This document shows positions 1 to 13,609 of a DNA stretch of 64,000 nt, piece after piece (within the stretch, counting starts at the first letter, position 1; every line of letters starts with the position of its first letter). The stretch covers positions 8,866,001 to 8,930,000 of the forward strand of contig NC_135250.1 of NCBI RefSeq assembly GCF_964204865.1. Direction: 5' to 3'. Under the pieces are notes generated by a model that was not told the DNA's origin, made no database searches, and saw nothing but the letters and a program-made list of their open reading frames with translations. The translations under genes and the position numbers were made by a program. Origin of the DNA: Styela clava (lineage: Eukaryota).

Positions 1-2651
1 AATAAGGTTTAAAACGTTACTATGAAGAAAGGAAAGGTAATGCAAAGATAAGGACATGCGTCGCTCACTCATAGGTATATATGCTGCTAGACTTCTACTG
101 CTTGAACATATATGCAACACGCCGCGGTTTCTTGGAAGCAAAATGCTCAATAACGCGCTGGTTAAAGTCATGCATCCCAGAAATAACGTCTCTGTGAATG
201 GATAAAACAGCCAAGGAATTTAATCTATCTTGCTTCATTGTGTTTCTGAGATACGTTTTAATACGCTTCAGCGTGCTGAATGTTCGCTCTGCGTCGGCGG
301 AAGAAATAGGCGTCGTCAAAATGATGTCCCGAAATTTTGCAGACGCCGCAAAGGTAGTTACTAGAGTGTTATCTATGAGGAACCCATAGAGCGCGCAAGT
401 TGATGTGATGTTCAAAAAAGTTTGATTGGTGTATATACATCGCAATTCATTTTCCAATTTACCCACGTTCATCATGGGGTAAAATTTGGAGACAGTAGCC
501 AACAAATGGATGGGAAATTGACGTGCAAATTTTGAAAAAATTTTGGGGTTCATCAAAGAGAACGCGGCAAGGTGTTCAGTGCGCAGACGATCGCCTATTC
601 GATTCACCAGAATGTCACAGCATTTCTTTGCAGACAAAATCAAACGCTGCGTTGTTTGCCCGCGGCGTAAAGAAGCACTTCATGTGTCGTCGTATTTTAT
701 TGTTTCCCGGATACGAGATACAGCATCGCAGAAGTCTGAAATACACGACTGCACAGACGCTCCATCCATTAGCCTTGACTGCAATGCGCCGTATAATACA
801 TCCACGTGATAGAATATTGTGGAGAAAAAATGAAAACTCACCATCTTCTAGCAGACGCTTTAGACCTGCCGCCTCCCTCACAGAGCGTTCGTCCCAAACC
901 GGAGAGCTCTGAATGCCATTGAAACACTCAATGAGCTCAGACTTAATTTCGGACACGCCCTGCACCACGCGTGATTGGAAGTTCCAACGTGTTGGTGCAC
1001 AAGCTGGGAGACGGCGGCTACATATCTGGCGAAGGAGGTCAGAGCGCTTCGGCGAAACGGAAAAAAATGAAGAAGACCCCGAGACATTTGCAAAACATAT
1101 ACGGACGAGAGGGGTATCAAGACACATATTTTTAATAACGAGGTTAAATTGGTGTGCATAACAATGTAAAAAATGCGCATGAGGAAAATCTTCTTTTATA
1201 TAAGCTTGAACACCATGTTTCGACCCACTCATGACTGCCGCGCCGTCATAAGTTTGAGCTATCAATTTTGACTTCGCGTTGTAAGGCTGTAACACTTCTT
1301 TCAGTACAGCCGATATCCCGCAAGCCGTGCGATCAACGATTGGTACAAAGCTGTGAAATCTCTCGGTAGATTTACCATCTTTCACAAACCGAAAAATCAC
1401 AGCCAGTTGGGAAACGCACGTGATGTCAGTTGTCTCGTCAGACTGAATCGAAAGGAACTGGCAAATCTCAATTTCCAGAGCCAAATGTTGTAAATAAATT
1501 TTATACATTGAGTCGAGCAAATCATTTTGGATATCCTTAGATGTCCCTTTCCAAACAGTTGCGGCATCAAGATGATTTCTCAATACTGTATCTAGGGATG
1601 CGGTGTATTCCATCATATCCAAAAATACCCCTCTATTAGAAGAGCCAGCCTGTTCATCGTGCCCACGGAGGGACAGCTCGTGACAACCAATGAACTTCAA
1701 AACATCTATCAATCGACCGAGAACATGGCGGTTTTTCTCGACGTTTTGGTTGTGCCGACGAATAGAAACCGCGCGTCCTTCATCCATCTGTGCTGCAATA
1801 TTAACATTTCCGAATGTTCGGTATTTTACTGCATTGTCCAGATGCTCCATGGAAGATTGATGATCCCTGGCACGCTCGGAAAGATGTTTAAGATCTCTAA
1901 AACCAAATTTACACCAACGTGAGTCACGGGCGGTAGCAAAAAGTAGGCAATAAAAACAAAAAAGTGCATTTTTGTCCTCGCTGTAACACAACCATTCGTG
2001 TTTTTTATACGAAGTTTCTGCGCAGAATGTACGCCGACGTTGTACCTCTAATTTTTGTTCCAGCGGCAACTGCGAAAACGGAGTGCGAAGTAGTGCATCA
2101 ACCTTATTCATTATGAGGACTAAGGCTAAGAAATGCGAAGCCGGAAAGAAGTGAGGAGCTCAAAAGGAATGTGGAAAATCGAAAGCAAATGGACTAAAGG
2201 TCTCTAACTGATTCAAATAGCGAAACAAGCGACAAAAACGAAGGCGAGGAAACTATCAACTCTTCAAGCAACCAACGAACGAGAAGGAATGCGTGAATAG
2301 GTCAACACGTTGTCGTAAGAAACGTCGGCATTGTGTCGTCATAATTTCGGGGCTAGCCCCGATCGGCCCCGATGATTTAGTAAAAGAAACAGAAAACAAA
2401 CGAGACAAACGCGGCGAGTGGAAGATAAATGAGAGAATACGATATACAATGAGCAACCGGGGCAAAATCGGCGTCGCCCCGTCGACGTTCGGCGAAGGCT
2501 TTGCGAGCGAAAAATGAACCATGTCGGGAGAATATGGCTAGTGTAGACAGTCTGTGCAACCGATATTGAGGTACTTTTCGAATATTTTTTATTATACCGA
2601 AAAAACAACCGGGGCATTGCCCCGGTTGGCCCTATTGACGCGCCGCCACTG
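1..2651 (-). mobile_element. hAT DNA transposon (ZMYM1/DUF4371-type); other end lies left of the window
   Basis: Minus-strand terminus CAGTGGCGGCGCG at 2651, perfect subterminal palindrome CAACCGGGGCA-T-TGCCCCGGTTG at 2606-2628, GC-richer than host DNA, encloses a transposase ORF. TSD cannot be checked because the second end is missing. Confidence 0.85.
95..2111 (-). pseudogene. Disabled hAT transposase (TTF zinc finger, DUF4371, C-terminal hAT dimerisation domain)
   Basis: Motifs WLCYS..FCFYC, LRGHDE, DETTD..QL, YDGAAVMSG, HCYAH, TRW and AERTFSTLKRIKTYLRNTMKQDRLNSLA. Frameshift near 820 (the continuing frame reads STIFYHVDVLYGALQS) and an in-frame TGA at 680-682. Confidence 0.9.
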
Positions 2652-4148
2652 GGTAGGGGGATTGTATTATGATCATTATTTGATATATTTAATGTTTTGC
2701 AAATTGTTGTTGCTTGTATTGTTTTTGTTTAGGAAAAACAACCACTTTTCTGTGTAACTACTAGACTGATTTTTCAAATTATCAGTAGGCGAAATTAGAA
2801 GATTCCAATAGGAAGTTTTTGCTATTATATTTCTTCTGGGTTGGTCTGAGGTTAGAGGTTTGTCATGTTTTTGTCAGTTTTAAAGTAAATTACTTGATGT
2901 GTTGGCAAGACAATGCGTTATTTTTTGTAGGATTTGTCACCAAAACTGATCTTTTTGATTCGTTGAAATGTCATATTTTGTATACCGGGTGACCTTCAAA
3001 AACCAGGTTGTAATTCAATATAATATATTATTACGTCCAAGAGCGTCATCACAATTCTAGCTTTCGAGTTTGGACGAAACTTGTCATGTAAGTCTGGGAT
3101 GGAGTCAACAAAACCCGTACAATTTTTCATTGCGATTGGACCAGAAAAAGGGGGTTATCTGCTTTTGGTACATCAGATTTGCATGTGAGTTGAAGAACTG
3201 CAGCAGAAATCACCCGAATTAACTGAATTATTATGAACAGTCGATCAGCATGAAACTGATAATTTGCTAAATGAACTGAGTGACTAAATATAGAATAAGA
3301 GTGCCAGAATGATACTTAATTGTCATAGTTATACAATACTTTCGAATTTTAAAGATGGCAAAATCAATGAATTTTGTCGTTTTAGCCATATTTAATAAAG
3401 TTTCTAAGTTTAGTGATTTTGATTGAATTGTATTCCAATGGGAATCTCATGGGATAGGACAGGCATAAATTGCTATGAGATGAGACCAAAAAATATTTTC
3501 CATGGGCAAGCCTGCTAAACCTAAGTCATTTGAAACATATTCCAGATAGAACATTACCTTGGTGCAAAGTGTCCTATATTACGGAAACCTTTGGGAACAT
3601 TCATACACAAACCGAATTTAAATGAATTTCTCCATTATCAAAGAAGAAATCAAGAAATGTATTGGTTCTGTTTGTTGGGGTCAACCTTTACATCGGTCTA
3701 GTATAAATATCACCTTTTTATTGCGAACTGAAATTCTAACATGCAAAATGGTTTCCTTGCTTCAGGAAATATCACATCGCTGGAGTTACCCTTTAAACTC
3801 GTTGCTTTGTTTTGCTATTTTATAGGTATATAGGAGAGCCAACAAATGGCCAATTTTGACCCCAATCAATTACTGGCATGAAAACATAATATTAGAAATA
3901 ACAATTGCTGAACGTTAAAGAGCTTGATTATTGTTCGATGGACCCAAAAGTTTCAATTAATCTTTTTCTTCCAACTAGTTATTTATCATCCCGAAAGTTC
4001 AAATTCAACAAATTGCAAATATATTATTTCATTATATCATATTGTAAGTGAAATTGAATTGAAACACGTTTTATTATTCTTGTCCACAACGAAAGTAATT
4101 AAAAAGGGACCAGTATGTGTAAATCTGGCGTTTGGGTGCTGTTGTGAA

Positions 4149-5988
4149 TTACTTTGCAAGTTCTTTCAATTTTTCTCTACACATCTGTATTTCTTTCCGC
4201 CTTGTATCCTCGTCGTCGAAATCTTGGGCATCTTCTATCGCAACAATAGCTTTTTCATAAGTCTCTTTCGATTTTGATCGCTTGTTTAGGATATCATACC
4301 CTACCCCTAAGTTATACAGCATGTTTCCATAAATCCGTCGTTGCGAAGCATGCTTTCCAAATTGTTTCTCCATAGCTGCTACTGCTTGTTCACGGAACCT
4401 GACTCCTTTGGAATTGTCTTTTATCATCCAGTAGTTGTAAGATATCAGGGTTATGGCTAATGCTTGCTTCATTACCCGTTTTTCGGGGTCAGCTTTGGTC
4501 TGCTGTTTTATTTCACCAAGTAATTCCACCATATAATCGATACCAAAGTCAATGGCTAGGACACGAGACCTATCACCAGCATTGATCATAGGGCGTGCAC
4601 AATCATTAGCTTTGTGAATACATCTAAAAAGTCCATCTAGTATCTCATCAGGTTCTTTACCCATCAGGTAGATTTCACTGGCTATGGGGAGCATAATCAA
4701 TGCACTGGTAAAGGAAGAATTCCCAATAAGATCGTCTATCAATGCCATTATGTCATCGACATCGGGAAAAGGATCAGATAGAATAATTTTTTTAATTTCT
4801 TTAATAGCTTTCGATGCTTTATTTTCTCTTCCTAGTTGCAAGTAACACACCGCCATGAGTAGCTTAATTCCTAATGTTGTTTCTTCATCTTCTACTGATA
4901 CTTCTTCGAGAGTTGAGATTGCTTCGTAATATTTTGACTGGGATGCTAATGCTCTAGCTTTTTCTGAACAAATAGTAAAACTTGATTAGCAAACAGCCAA
5001 TGTGCGTCGCAACAATAACAATATATATATAGGCTATCACTCTTTGAAAAAACAATATTGTTGTAGTAGACATAATTTTTATCAGGTGCAAAAAACTGGT
5101 TATTCTATTTCAACAATTACAGTCTATTCCATTCAATTTATTAAAAAAAAAACACTTAATTTCTTAGGGCAGTAAACTGCCAAAGTTTGTCCACTTTAAA
5201 TTTATTTCGCATTATACTTGGGTAATTGGATTTGACACTTTCACGTCATTACAGCAACTTTCGAATGCAAAGTACTTTATTTGGAGTAACTTTTGATGGT
5301 GAAAATCAACGAAGTTATACGTATTGATTGATACATTTCGAATGACATTTTATTTTTTTATCATCGTATTATTGACTTGGTTTTACCTCTTTGAAGAGCC
5401 CGAGTCCTTGCCTTTCGACTGTTTGCACCTGCTTCGTCTTTGGAAAGAGTGCTTGGAGACGAAGCGCCTTCTGAAAAAGTATGTGTTCTTATACTGTAAA
5501 AATTTTCAGTGTTTTCTAGTGCATGATCTAGCGTTACAAACTTTGAAATGCTAGATGGATATGTGTGTAGATGTGTTAGCAAATAGGCTGAACAAATCAG
5601 TTTAAAAAAGTAAAATACTTTTGTTGAATGTTGATACCAGCAATCGGCTTATCACTCAGATAAATAGATATAAAACCGGACTCAAGTACACCATATTACT
5701 TACCAATTACTGCTTCCTCAGTGCTTTCAGTTTCTTGTCTGTAGAAAAATTTGAAAATTGATCTCACTCATGATTTTTTCGTATTTGACAATGCATTGCG
5801 TTCACAGGACTAAGTTCTGTCACTGAGTGTGAAAACTCACTGTTATCACTTTATTAGTGTGATTTTCCAATACAGGCTTAATTAAAAGTCGCAGTCATTA
5901 TGAAAGTACCATGCCATTATGTAGCTAACCTGATTGAAACGTTGGAAGCTTCGATCTCGATGTTTTCAATGTTATCTTCAGTAGTCAT
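4149..5988 (-). CDS. TPR-like helical repeat protein A, 302 aa, 3 exons
   Basis: complement(join(4149..4963,5704..5738,5930..5988)); GT-AG junctions, phases 2 and 1, 909 nt in frame. Starts MTTEDNIENIEIEASNVSIRQETESTEEAVIEKARALASQSKYYEA; C-terminal TPR YGNMLYNLGVGYDILNKRSKSKETYEKAI. Paralog of B and C. Confidence 0.85.
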
Positions 5989-7915
5989 TTTGATGAGAGG
6001 ATTGAGGTAAATTTTAATAAGATAAATATTCCACGCCGATCAATCGATGTTGTCGTTCACGTACATTCCCATACAGTTTACAAATGAAATATAACGATAA
6101 CCTTATTCCCTTTATATCTGACATTGAATTATCAAACACAATATTAAATTCAACAATGACCTACACTTGTCTGGAAAGATTATGCGCACAAAAACAAGCA
6201 TGTGAAAACCTGTCAAAACAAAGACTGGATTTCTCGATATGGCGTGTTGCGCAGGTCGGGTCGAGCGTTCATTGTGTTTCATGGTTTACGAGTAATTTGA
6301 ACCATGTCGCCGTGGGCACACAATACAATACAATTCACGTTTTCAATACGCGTCACAATACAATTCACATTTTAGTATGAGAATATAAAAAAGCTATATC
6401 AATCTGCTCTATAGAAACGTTTTTTTTTACAAAATAGTCAAACTTCGCTGCCTCTTTTTACTTGCCATGGTTTTATTCGAATTTCATCGCAGATGGTTCA
6501 CAACATTTCAGTTGTATTATCGTCTATTTACCTAGACATTAATCATTTACTGTTATCCAACAAAAACTAAATTAATGATTAACATACTGTTAGATTTTGG
6601 TATGGCTTGGGGTATGCTGAATGGGTTGATTCAGCAAACAACTAGAATACATTGGGAGGGTGAATTAATCAGCTTACTAGTTTTAACCACTCGATTGGGA
6701 AAAGTTGTAATAAACGTTGTGGCATGCCTTAAGTACCCCTTGGGGATGCAATGTCACTGTTGTCCTGTTAAAAATTCCGTTATATATATATATATAGATC
6801 TGCGAAAAATCGTACCATTTTCAAGTTTTTTTTTATACAAATAACGGAATCCGTAAGCCAGAGTTTATCAGCCGATTAAGAATTCCTCTAATAAGAGAAC
6901 TCTAACTGTTCAGGGGAGGAATAGTATAACTAACATTATATACTTATTTTGTATTCTTTTAACGCATATTAATACACATATAATAAACTATTTAAACTGT
7001 ACAAAAATCACAGCGCGATGTGTACATATCACTAGCTAATGATACAATATTGTAAAATAAACGGTAATAGAGAGTTTATGCTCTCACCTAGGGGCGAAAT
7101 AAACAGTTCCTGAACAGGAAAAGTGGGGCAAATAGCAAAAAAGGTTGGAGACTACCACACTGAACTATCTGTTCTATTAAAATTGTGACTTACAATGATT
7201 TTGTGAAAAAGAAACATAAGAAGCTGGTCTGATTACGACAAAATAAGCTTGTTAGGGTATAATGTATGTGGCTAAGTTAAAGTTGGAAAAAAAATTGAGT
7301 AATCCTCAAATTTTGAATATAATTTTCCATTAACATAATTTTTTTTATAAATAAGCATTCTCGGTAACGTTATTTGATCTAAAGTTATTCAGAGAATATA
7401 GGCACACAACACAGTAATATTTAATTTATAAAGGATTAAAGTTTTATATCAAACTACACAAATGTGTTATACCTATAATTTCCGAGACAAATTAAAGCAA
7501 GACCGAATAAAATACAAACACAACCTTATACCTGTTTATAAAGTAAACAATTGTAAACTAATATTGGCCATGGGAATACATCATATGCATTCAATCTGTA
7601 GTATTAATGTCATACAACAGGATGCTGCTATAATTTAACCCTTCACTCCTTCAAAACTACAGAAAAAAAAATATTATCCATGTCTTATAGTAATTAATAT
7701 CTTATTTATTCATTGGAATAAAAGGAACGTAGTATTTTTTGTTCGTGTTTGCGACATTGCTGTTAAATTACACATATTTTATACTTTCCACTCACATAGC
7801 TTAGTAGTTATAAATTAAAATTGAAAAATCGAAATTAAAATTGATGATAAAAAGAATATAATTAACCAAATAGTATGTTTCGACTCTTTCAAAATAAGTT
7901 TATATACTCATTATA

Positions 7916-9085
7916 TTAAAGGTCGACTTGTTTCAACTTTTTCTTGCACTCTTGTATGTCATTGTTTCTCTCCATTTCGGTATCATAATCTTTGGCATCC
8001 TCATATGCTTGAACAGCGTTTTCGTAAGCTTGCTTCGCAAGATCCTTTTTATTCAATATATCGTATCCAACACCCGTGTTGTAGTACAATTTTCCGAGAA
8101 CCCTTTGTTTTGAAGCATTTTTGCCGAATTGCTTTTTCAGTGATGCAATCGCTCGTTCTCGAAGTTTAACCCCTTTATGGTTATCGTTAATCTTCCAGTA
8201 GTCAAACGCCAATAAAATTGTAGCTAAAGCCTCCTTAGTTACTTGTTTTTCTGGATCACATCCTGATGTTTCTCTCAAATCGTCAAGCAATTCCGCCATA
8301 TATTCAATTCCGAAATCTATCGCAATGATACGCGATCTTCCCTCCTTTTCTATCATCGGAGTGGTGCATTCGCTCGCTGCGTGAATACAGCGAAAAAGCT
8401 TATCTATCACATCGTCTGGTGAATCTAACTTTTTGTACATATCACTTGCTATCGGAAGCAGAATTAATGCACATGCATATGATTTACTTTGTATGAAATC
8501 GTATATTAACCCCATGATATCCTCAACATCTGGATTGGGTGCAGAAAGCAAGGCTTTTCTGACGTCCTTCACATATTTCATTGCTTTATTTTCTCTACCA
8601 AGGTACAAATAGCAATGTGCCATCATCAGTTTGGTACTGATTGAGGTTTCCTCATCTGGTATTCCTGTGTCATCAATTAATGAAGCAGCCTCGTAATATT
8701 TTGATTGAGATGCAAGAGCTCTCGCACGTTCTACAAAGTAGAAAAATAGTGTAACATCAGTATAATTTCCAAATCCGTTTGCTATTTACTTGCGATCGTT
8801 ACACTGCTTTTGGAAAATTCCTTGCTAATTGAACATCGTTATTTGTCATAAATCGATCACGAATAGCAAATCAATTTAAACTGAGAAATGCTGATAAATG
8901 CATATTATTTTATATCATACAGATAGAAAATAATATGAAGAGGGTTTTATTAAACATTTTCTTTGAGCTATTTTGAATCCGCGCATCGCAATTATGGCTA
9001 ATGATAATTATCGATTTGAATTACACAGACAAACAAACTTACCTTGTCGTAGAGCAAGTAAAATTGAGTCATCCTTATCCTCCAT
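7916..9085 (-). CDS. TPR-like helical repeat protein B, 285 aa, 2 exons
   Basis: complement(join(7916..8730,9043..9085)); MEDKDDSILLALRQ-ERARALASQSKYYEA. Last exon is 815 nt, the same length and phase as in paralog A. Confidence 0.87.
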
Positions 9086-9745
9086 TTGGGTGAGATTTAA
9101 TTTGAAAATTCACTATACTTTTATCTGAGCCTCCGAAATCAGCAAGAGCACTGCCACCAACATCTAGCTTGAAAGTTTAATTCTACTCTGAAACCGTTTA
9201 CGCTAGTAATAAGAGGAACTGAATAAAGAAAGCACAATTGTCTATGACGTACGTTGAAATAAACACCCTGTTACGAGGTGTTCGTTTGGGTGCCTAAGCC
9301 TTATGTGAGTGTTTCTACAAACGGTAAAATCTAAAATGTTTATTTCTATTTTTAAAAGAATTATATGCCCCCCATATCAAATACAATCAACTTTTATTTT
9401 GACATACTTCGATAAATAACAAAATATCTATTGTTCGTTGTTCTCTCTCAAACATTGTGTGGAACGGTACATGATTCGCCTCATTGAACAGTGGCGACTG
9501 CGATATGACATTGCCTAAGCACAGTGTAAATAAGAAACCAACGAACAGACACGAAGTGAATTGAAAGAATTTTATTCGCTCGTTCATAGCGAGTAATTCT
9601 AACTAGCCATGTGTAAGGTTTTTGAAACTAGGTGATGTAATTTTATTGGTAGTAGTATGATACAGATATCAGCGTAATTTACATTAATTTGTATTTTTTC
9701 ACAAATGAAGCGAGGAAAGTGGTCTAAATTTCTCCCAGGATAGCA

Positions 9746-11387
9746 ATGGATAATAACTGCAGAGGTAAGTTACTTGATGTAGGTAAAAAAATATCTTCTT
9801 ATGTATATAGCAAGGATATCTGAAGGGCAGGGTTTTTATTTTTAAATTGGTTGTTATAAATCTAAAACCAGGGCGCCGTTTTGGAATGATTATTTATCAA
9901 TACGGATATAACAGTAAAATGTATCCAAATTAAACGATCTCTAAAAATCTATTTAAAAACTTAATTCTGTACTTTGTATTAGGGTAAGTATTCAGGGTAA
10001 AAATGAGAACTTTTTGCGCGTAGTGCAACGTATTAGACGGAAATTATCGAAATTGAGTCTGTCGCCTAGATTGACATTTCATGTAAGTTTGCTCACAGTA
10101 ATTCGGAAGCTCTCGAATGGTAAATGTTGAGGCGAATACAACCACTGACGCACAGCTAATAAGGCGTTTTCATTTTAGAAAATTAATCTATTTCGTGTGA
10201 TATATATTCTACGAAATAGGTTAATTTTCTGATATATATATTCCATTGAGTGCAGAAAACTTAATCCGCATTCTGATTTTTTTTTCATTTTCGGTTCATG
10301 TTCAGACTCGGAAGAAAAGCATGGCATGGTACAAGATTTTATTTTGGAAGGTAATTTAATCATGTAATATGTTTTGATATAAAGTAACGCGCGTTTTCCC
10401 TCTGCCTCCCCATTTTAAACTTCCTAATACTTCCTAGAAAGAGCCCGAGCTCTCGTGGGTAAATGCAAATATTATGAAGCCTCGTCTCTGCTTGATAATC
10501 TTCGTGATGTGGACAGTGCAGATTTGGATTTAAAACTTCTAATGGCAGAATGTTATTTACAATTGGGAAGAGAAAATAAAGCAGAGAAAATAGAAGGAAG
10601 CATCAGAAAATATTTTATTGGATCAGGATTGGATGTTATGGATGAGATTATTGCCATCGTCGATGTATTAACTGCTGGTCAAGCCATACTTTTGCTTCGC
10701 ATTGCCTGTGATATAGTATTTGCTTCTGCAAAGTCACCTGATGAAGTGATAGAAGGGGTGTACCGCTGCATCGATAAAATGAGAACGTCTATTAGAAAAC
10801 TCCTAGACTCACAAGGCTTGTCATCCCTGTCGATAGAGGGTTTAATTGGGCAACTACAAGGGCAATTTTCAAATCTATTAAGGCCTTTAAAGGCATTGAA
10901 CTCGATCGATTTATTGTCAGAAAGCAACCAAAAACCTATGAATCCAGATTCGACCCGTCTCCAAGTCATTGGATTAGATTTCGGCGTTGATTATATGATT
11001 GAAATGCTAAACAAATTACTCGGAATAGAAGTTGAGAATACGGAGAAAAAAGCTATCAAATTAGCTTGGATTTGCAGTCATATTGGCTATAATCTTGCCA
11101 TTATCAATGACAACACACGTAGCATTAACTTTCGTAAACGTGGTGTCAGTATACTTGAGTCTGAATTCAGAGAGCATGCAAACAAACATAACGTGTATGG
11201 TGTTTTGCTACATAATATTGGAATTGTGCTTGCAAATTCTGGAAGACGTGACGAAGCTGAATACTTCTACATTGAAGCTATAAAAGCTAAAGAGACAGCT
11301 ATTGATTATGGCGACACGAATGAGCAGCAGAAAGATATCAAATTGTCAAGAGATGCTTTAACACGCGTGCGCTCAGGGCCCATTTAA
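9746..11387 (+). CDS. TPR-like helical repeat protein C, 337 aa, 3 exons
   Basis: join(9746..9764,10306..10350,10438..11387); MDNNCRDSEEKHGMVQDFILEERARALVGKCKYYEA. Same phase-1 acceptor before RARAL as A and B; TPR YGVLLHNIGIVLANSGRRDEAEYFYIEAI; about 45-aa insertion relative to A/B. The first two exons are less certain. Confidence 0.8.
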
Positions 11388-11689
11388 AAACAATGTTCAG
11401 CCAAACGACGACATATTCAACATTTTTCTCACTTGTTAAACTTACCAAAAACTTTGCTATCTGCCCATCGACCTCATTAAATTGAGTCAATTTGAGGTAA
11501 CTTTAAAGTAGGAATTTGTCACAACATTTATAGAATATTTGACTTTGCCATCTTATATATAAGTAACATTTGGTAAATGATGGGTACGATTCCCAAAACA
11601 GTTGCAGATTGGCATTAACTTTGCATATATAAGTCAAAAACCAGTTTACCACGTTTCGTAGGAGGTACAAAATACAAATCATACATATT

Positions 11690-12483
11690 TAGTACTTGAG
11701 CACATAGGTTTTCCAGGTGCAAAAAACAGACAAACGAAAAATTCCGCTCCAGAGATGGAGCATCTCTCCGAGCATTCAATATGTTTGCTAATCAAAGTAA
11801 CAGATCCCATATTTTTCCTATCATCGACGCTGCTCGATCTGTTGCGATGTCAATAAGATGTTTCACATTAAGTTTATGATCTTCCATCGCAGCTGTTTTT
11901 TCTTGTTGTTGTAGTTTTTAAACTCAGAAAGTAGAAGATTTTTCCCGTCACTTTCATTTGGCAAGTTGAGATTCATCGACTATATCTGTTGACTAATCAA
12001 ATGCCAGAGTGAAATAAACAAACGTTTATGTGGTTATTTTGGTGTGAAAGACTAATTTGAATTCTCTAATCTTTTTCGGCGCAATTTCTTCCGCAGAAAT
12101 AAGCAAGCATTCTTTTATATATTCACCATCTGTAAAAGGTTTCATTTGATTGACAATAGTATCAGATATGCGCAAATAAGATTTTTCAATTGCGGTTGCT
12201 TCTGCTGAAGATTTCAGAAAAATATGTTGCTGAGCCTTCAGATTGCTTTTCAGCAACTGTAACTTGACTTTTCGCTCCCCACACATAGGTTAATAATTTC
12301 ACTGTGCATGAGATCAAAGTGTATATTCAAATTATAATATTTCAAGCTCGAAACAGATTTGCGGCAAATTAAGCAACAGCGTTGTCTTTTACTTAAACAA
12401 AAAAGTAGGCTACTCCTCCTAATCCTTTTTGTATTTCCGATTTTCATCCTCACGCTTCATCTTCTCCTCACGTTCCAGACATA
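11690..12483 (-). pseudogene. Decayed SPIN/Charlie (GTF2IRD2/EPM2AIP1-like) hAT transposase
   Basis: Collinear fragments across frameshifts: LICRKSVSSLKYYNL..H, KPFTDGEYIKECL, LALD*STD..QL, ATDRAASMIG, CFLHLENLCA. Confidence 0.75.
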
Positions 12484-13609
12484 CCGATAGAGTTTGGTTT
12501 GTGGTTTATTTTTAGTAGACTGAAATTAAATTCAAAAAGAGAGCTATGCTCGAATATGTGAAAACGGGGACAAAAGTAAGTTATTTTATCGTCAATTCCC
12601 CGATAATCATATGCGGTAACTTACCAAGCGGACAACTCGACTACCCAGGGTACCGTTTACGGTACAGGGATTGTCATAGCTTTTTCAGGCACTGTGACTA
12701 TGATTCAGTTCAACGTGAATTGAAATGCCAACAGAATAATAACAAAACGACCCATGGGTCCCACTCTGTGTCCAATATCCGTCGATAAAACACGGTAAGT
12801 AGTAGAGTTGAGCACAAACAGCATTCAGGTCTCCAAAAAACAGGACTCTGTTTCAACAAACAGGATCGGATCAGGAGTGGGAATATTCTCGGTTGCTCGA
12901 AGTCAATCAGGAGTACCAACTAAATCTATAATATAAGCGATAGAAGTATCGTACGTACTTGCATAATTTAAGCGGAATTAAATTATCCGTACATAACTAT
13001 TAAAACATAATCGTGCCTCGTTTGGATGATACCGGGTGGATCCGAGTTTACCACTGTTGGACAAGTCTGAACGTGGTGTTTTGTAATTTTTAACAGTGTT
13101 TGGATGCTGTTGTCGGGTTGCGGCGAATAACTCACATGCCTGTATGTTTTAATAATTTGTTGCGCATTACCAAAGAAATGAATATGTAGGTGTCTTCAAA
13201 ATGAAATGTTTAAATGTGATTGTAGTGAATACTGGAACCATGGATGACCAAGCCTCGCGTAAGCTATTATTCCCATGCTTTGGTAAAAATTGTTTTAGCG
13301 TATGGGTCATAAAATATGCTTTAGTTTAAATTGAGTCATGCTTAATAGACAGCGCTTAGATATTTAGTTTGAATTAGAATATGCATAAAGTTTTGGTTGG
13401 ATGCCTATTGTTCATATGTATGTATGTATGTTTATTAGTCTCGTAAAATAAATATATATATATAAAAGAGTTAAAGTAATTATCAATACTGAAGACGGAA
13501 TGTATGTACAAGACCATACTGACCTAAAACACACGAATGTGCGGCATGCACCCCTTATGATAAGCGTAAAATATGATAAGTCAAATACGTATAATACGGT
13601 CATTTATAC

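Noticed and set aside
198-2757. Short ORFs overlapping the hAT transposase and its subterminal region
   Set aside because: Shadow frames of GC-richer transposon DNA with no motifs.
2981-3515. Tc1/mariner-like start TATACCGGGTG and CCATGGG-rich hAT-like end
   Set aside because: Single unpaired termini; boundaries cannot be defined.
6910-7165. Possible hAT MITE
   Set aside because: Only a degenerate right-end motif; no matching TIR pair or TSD.
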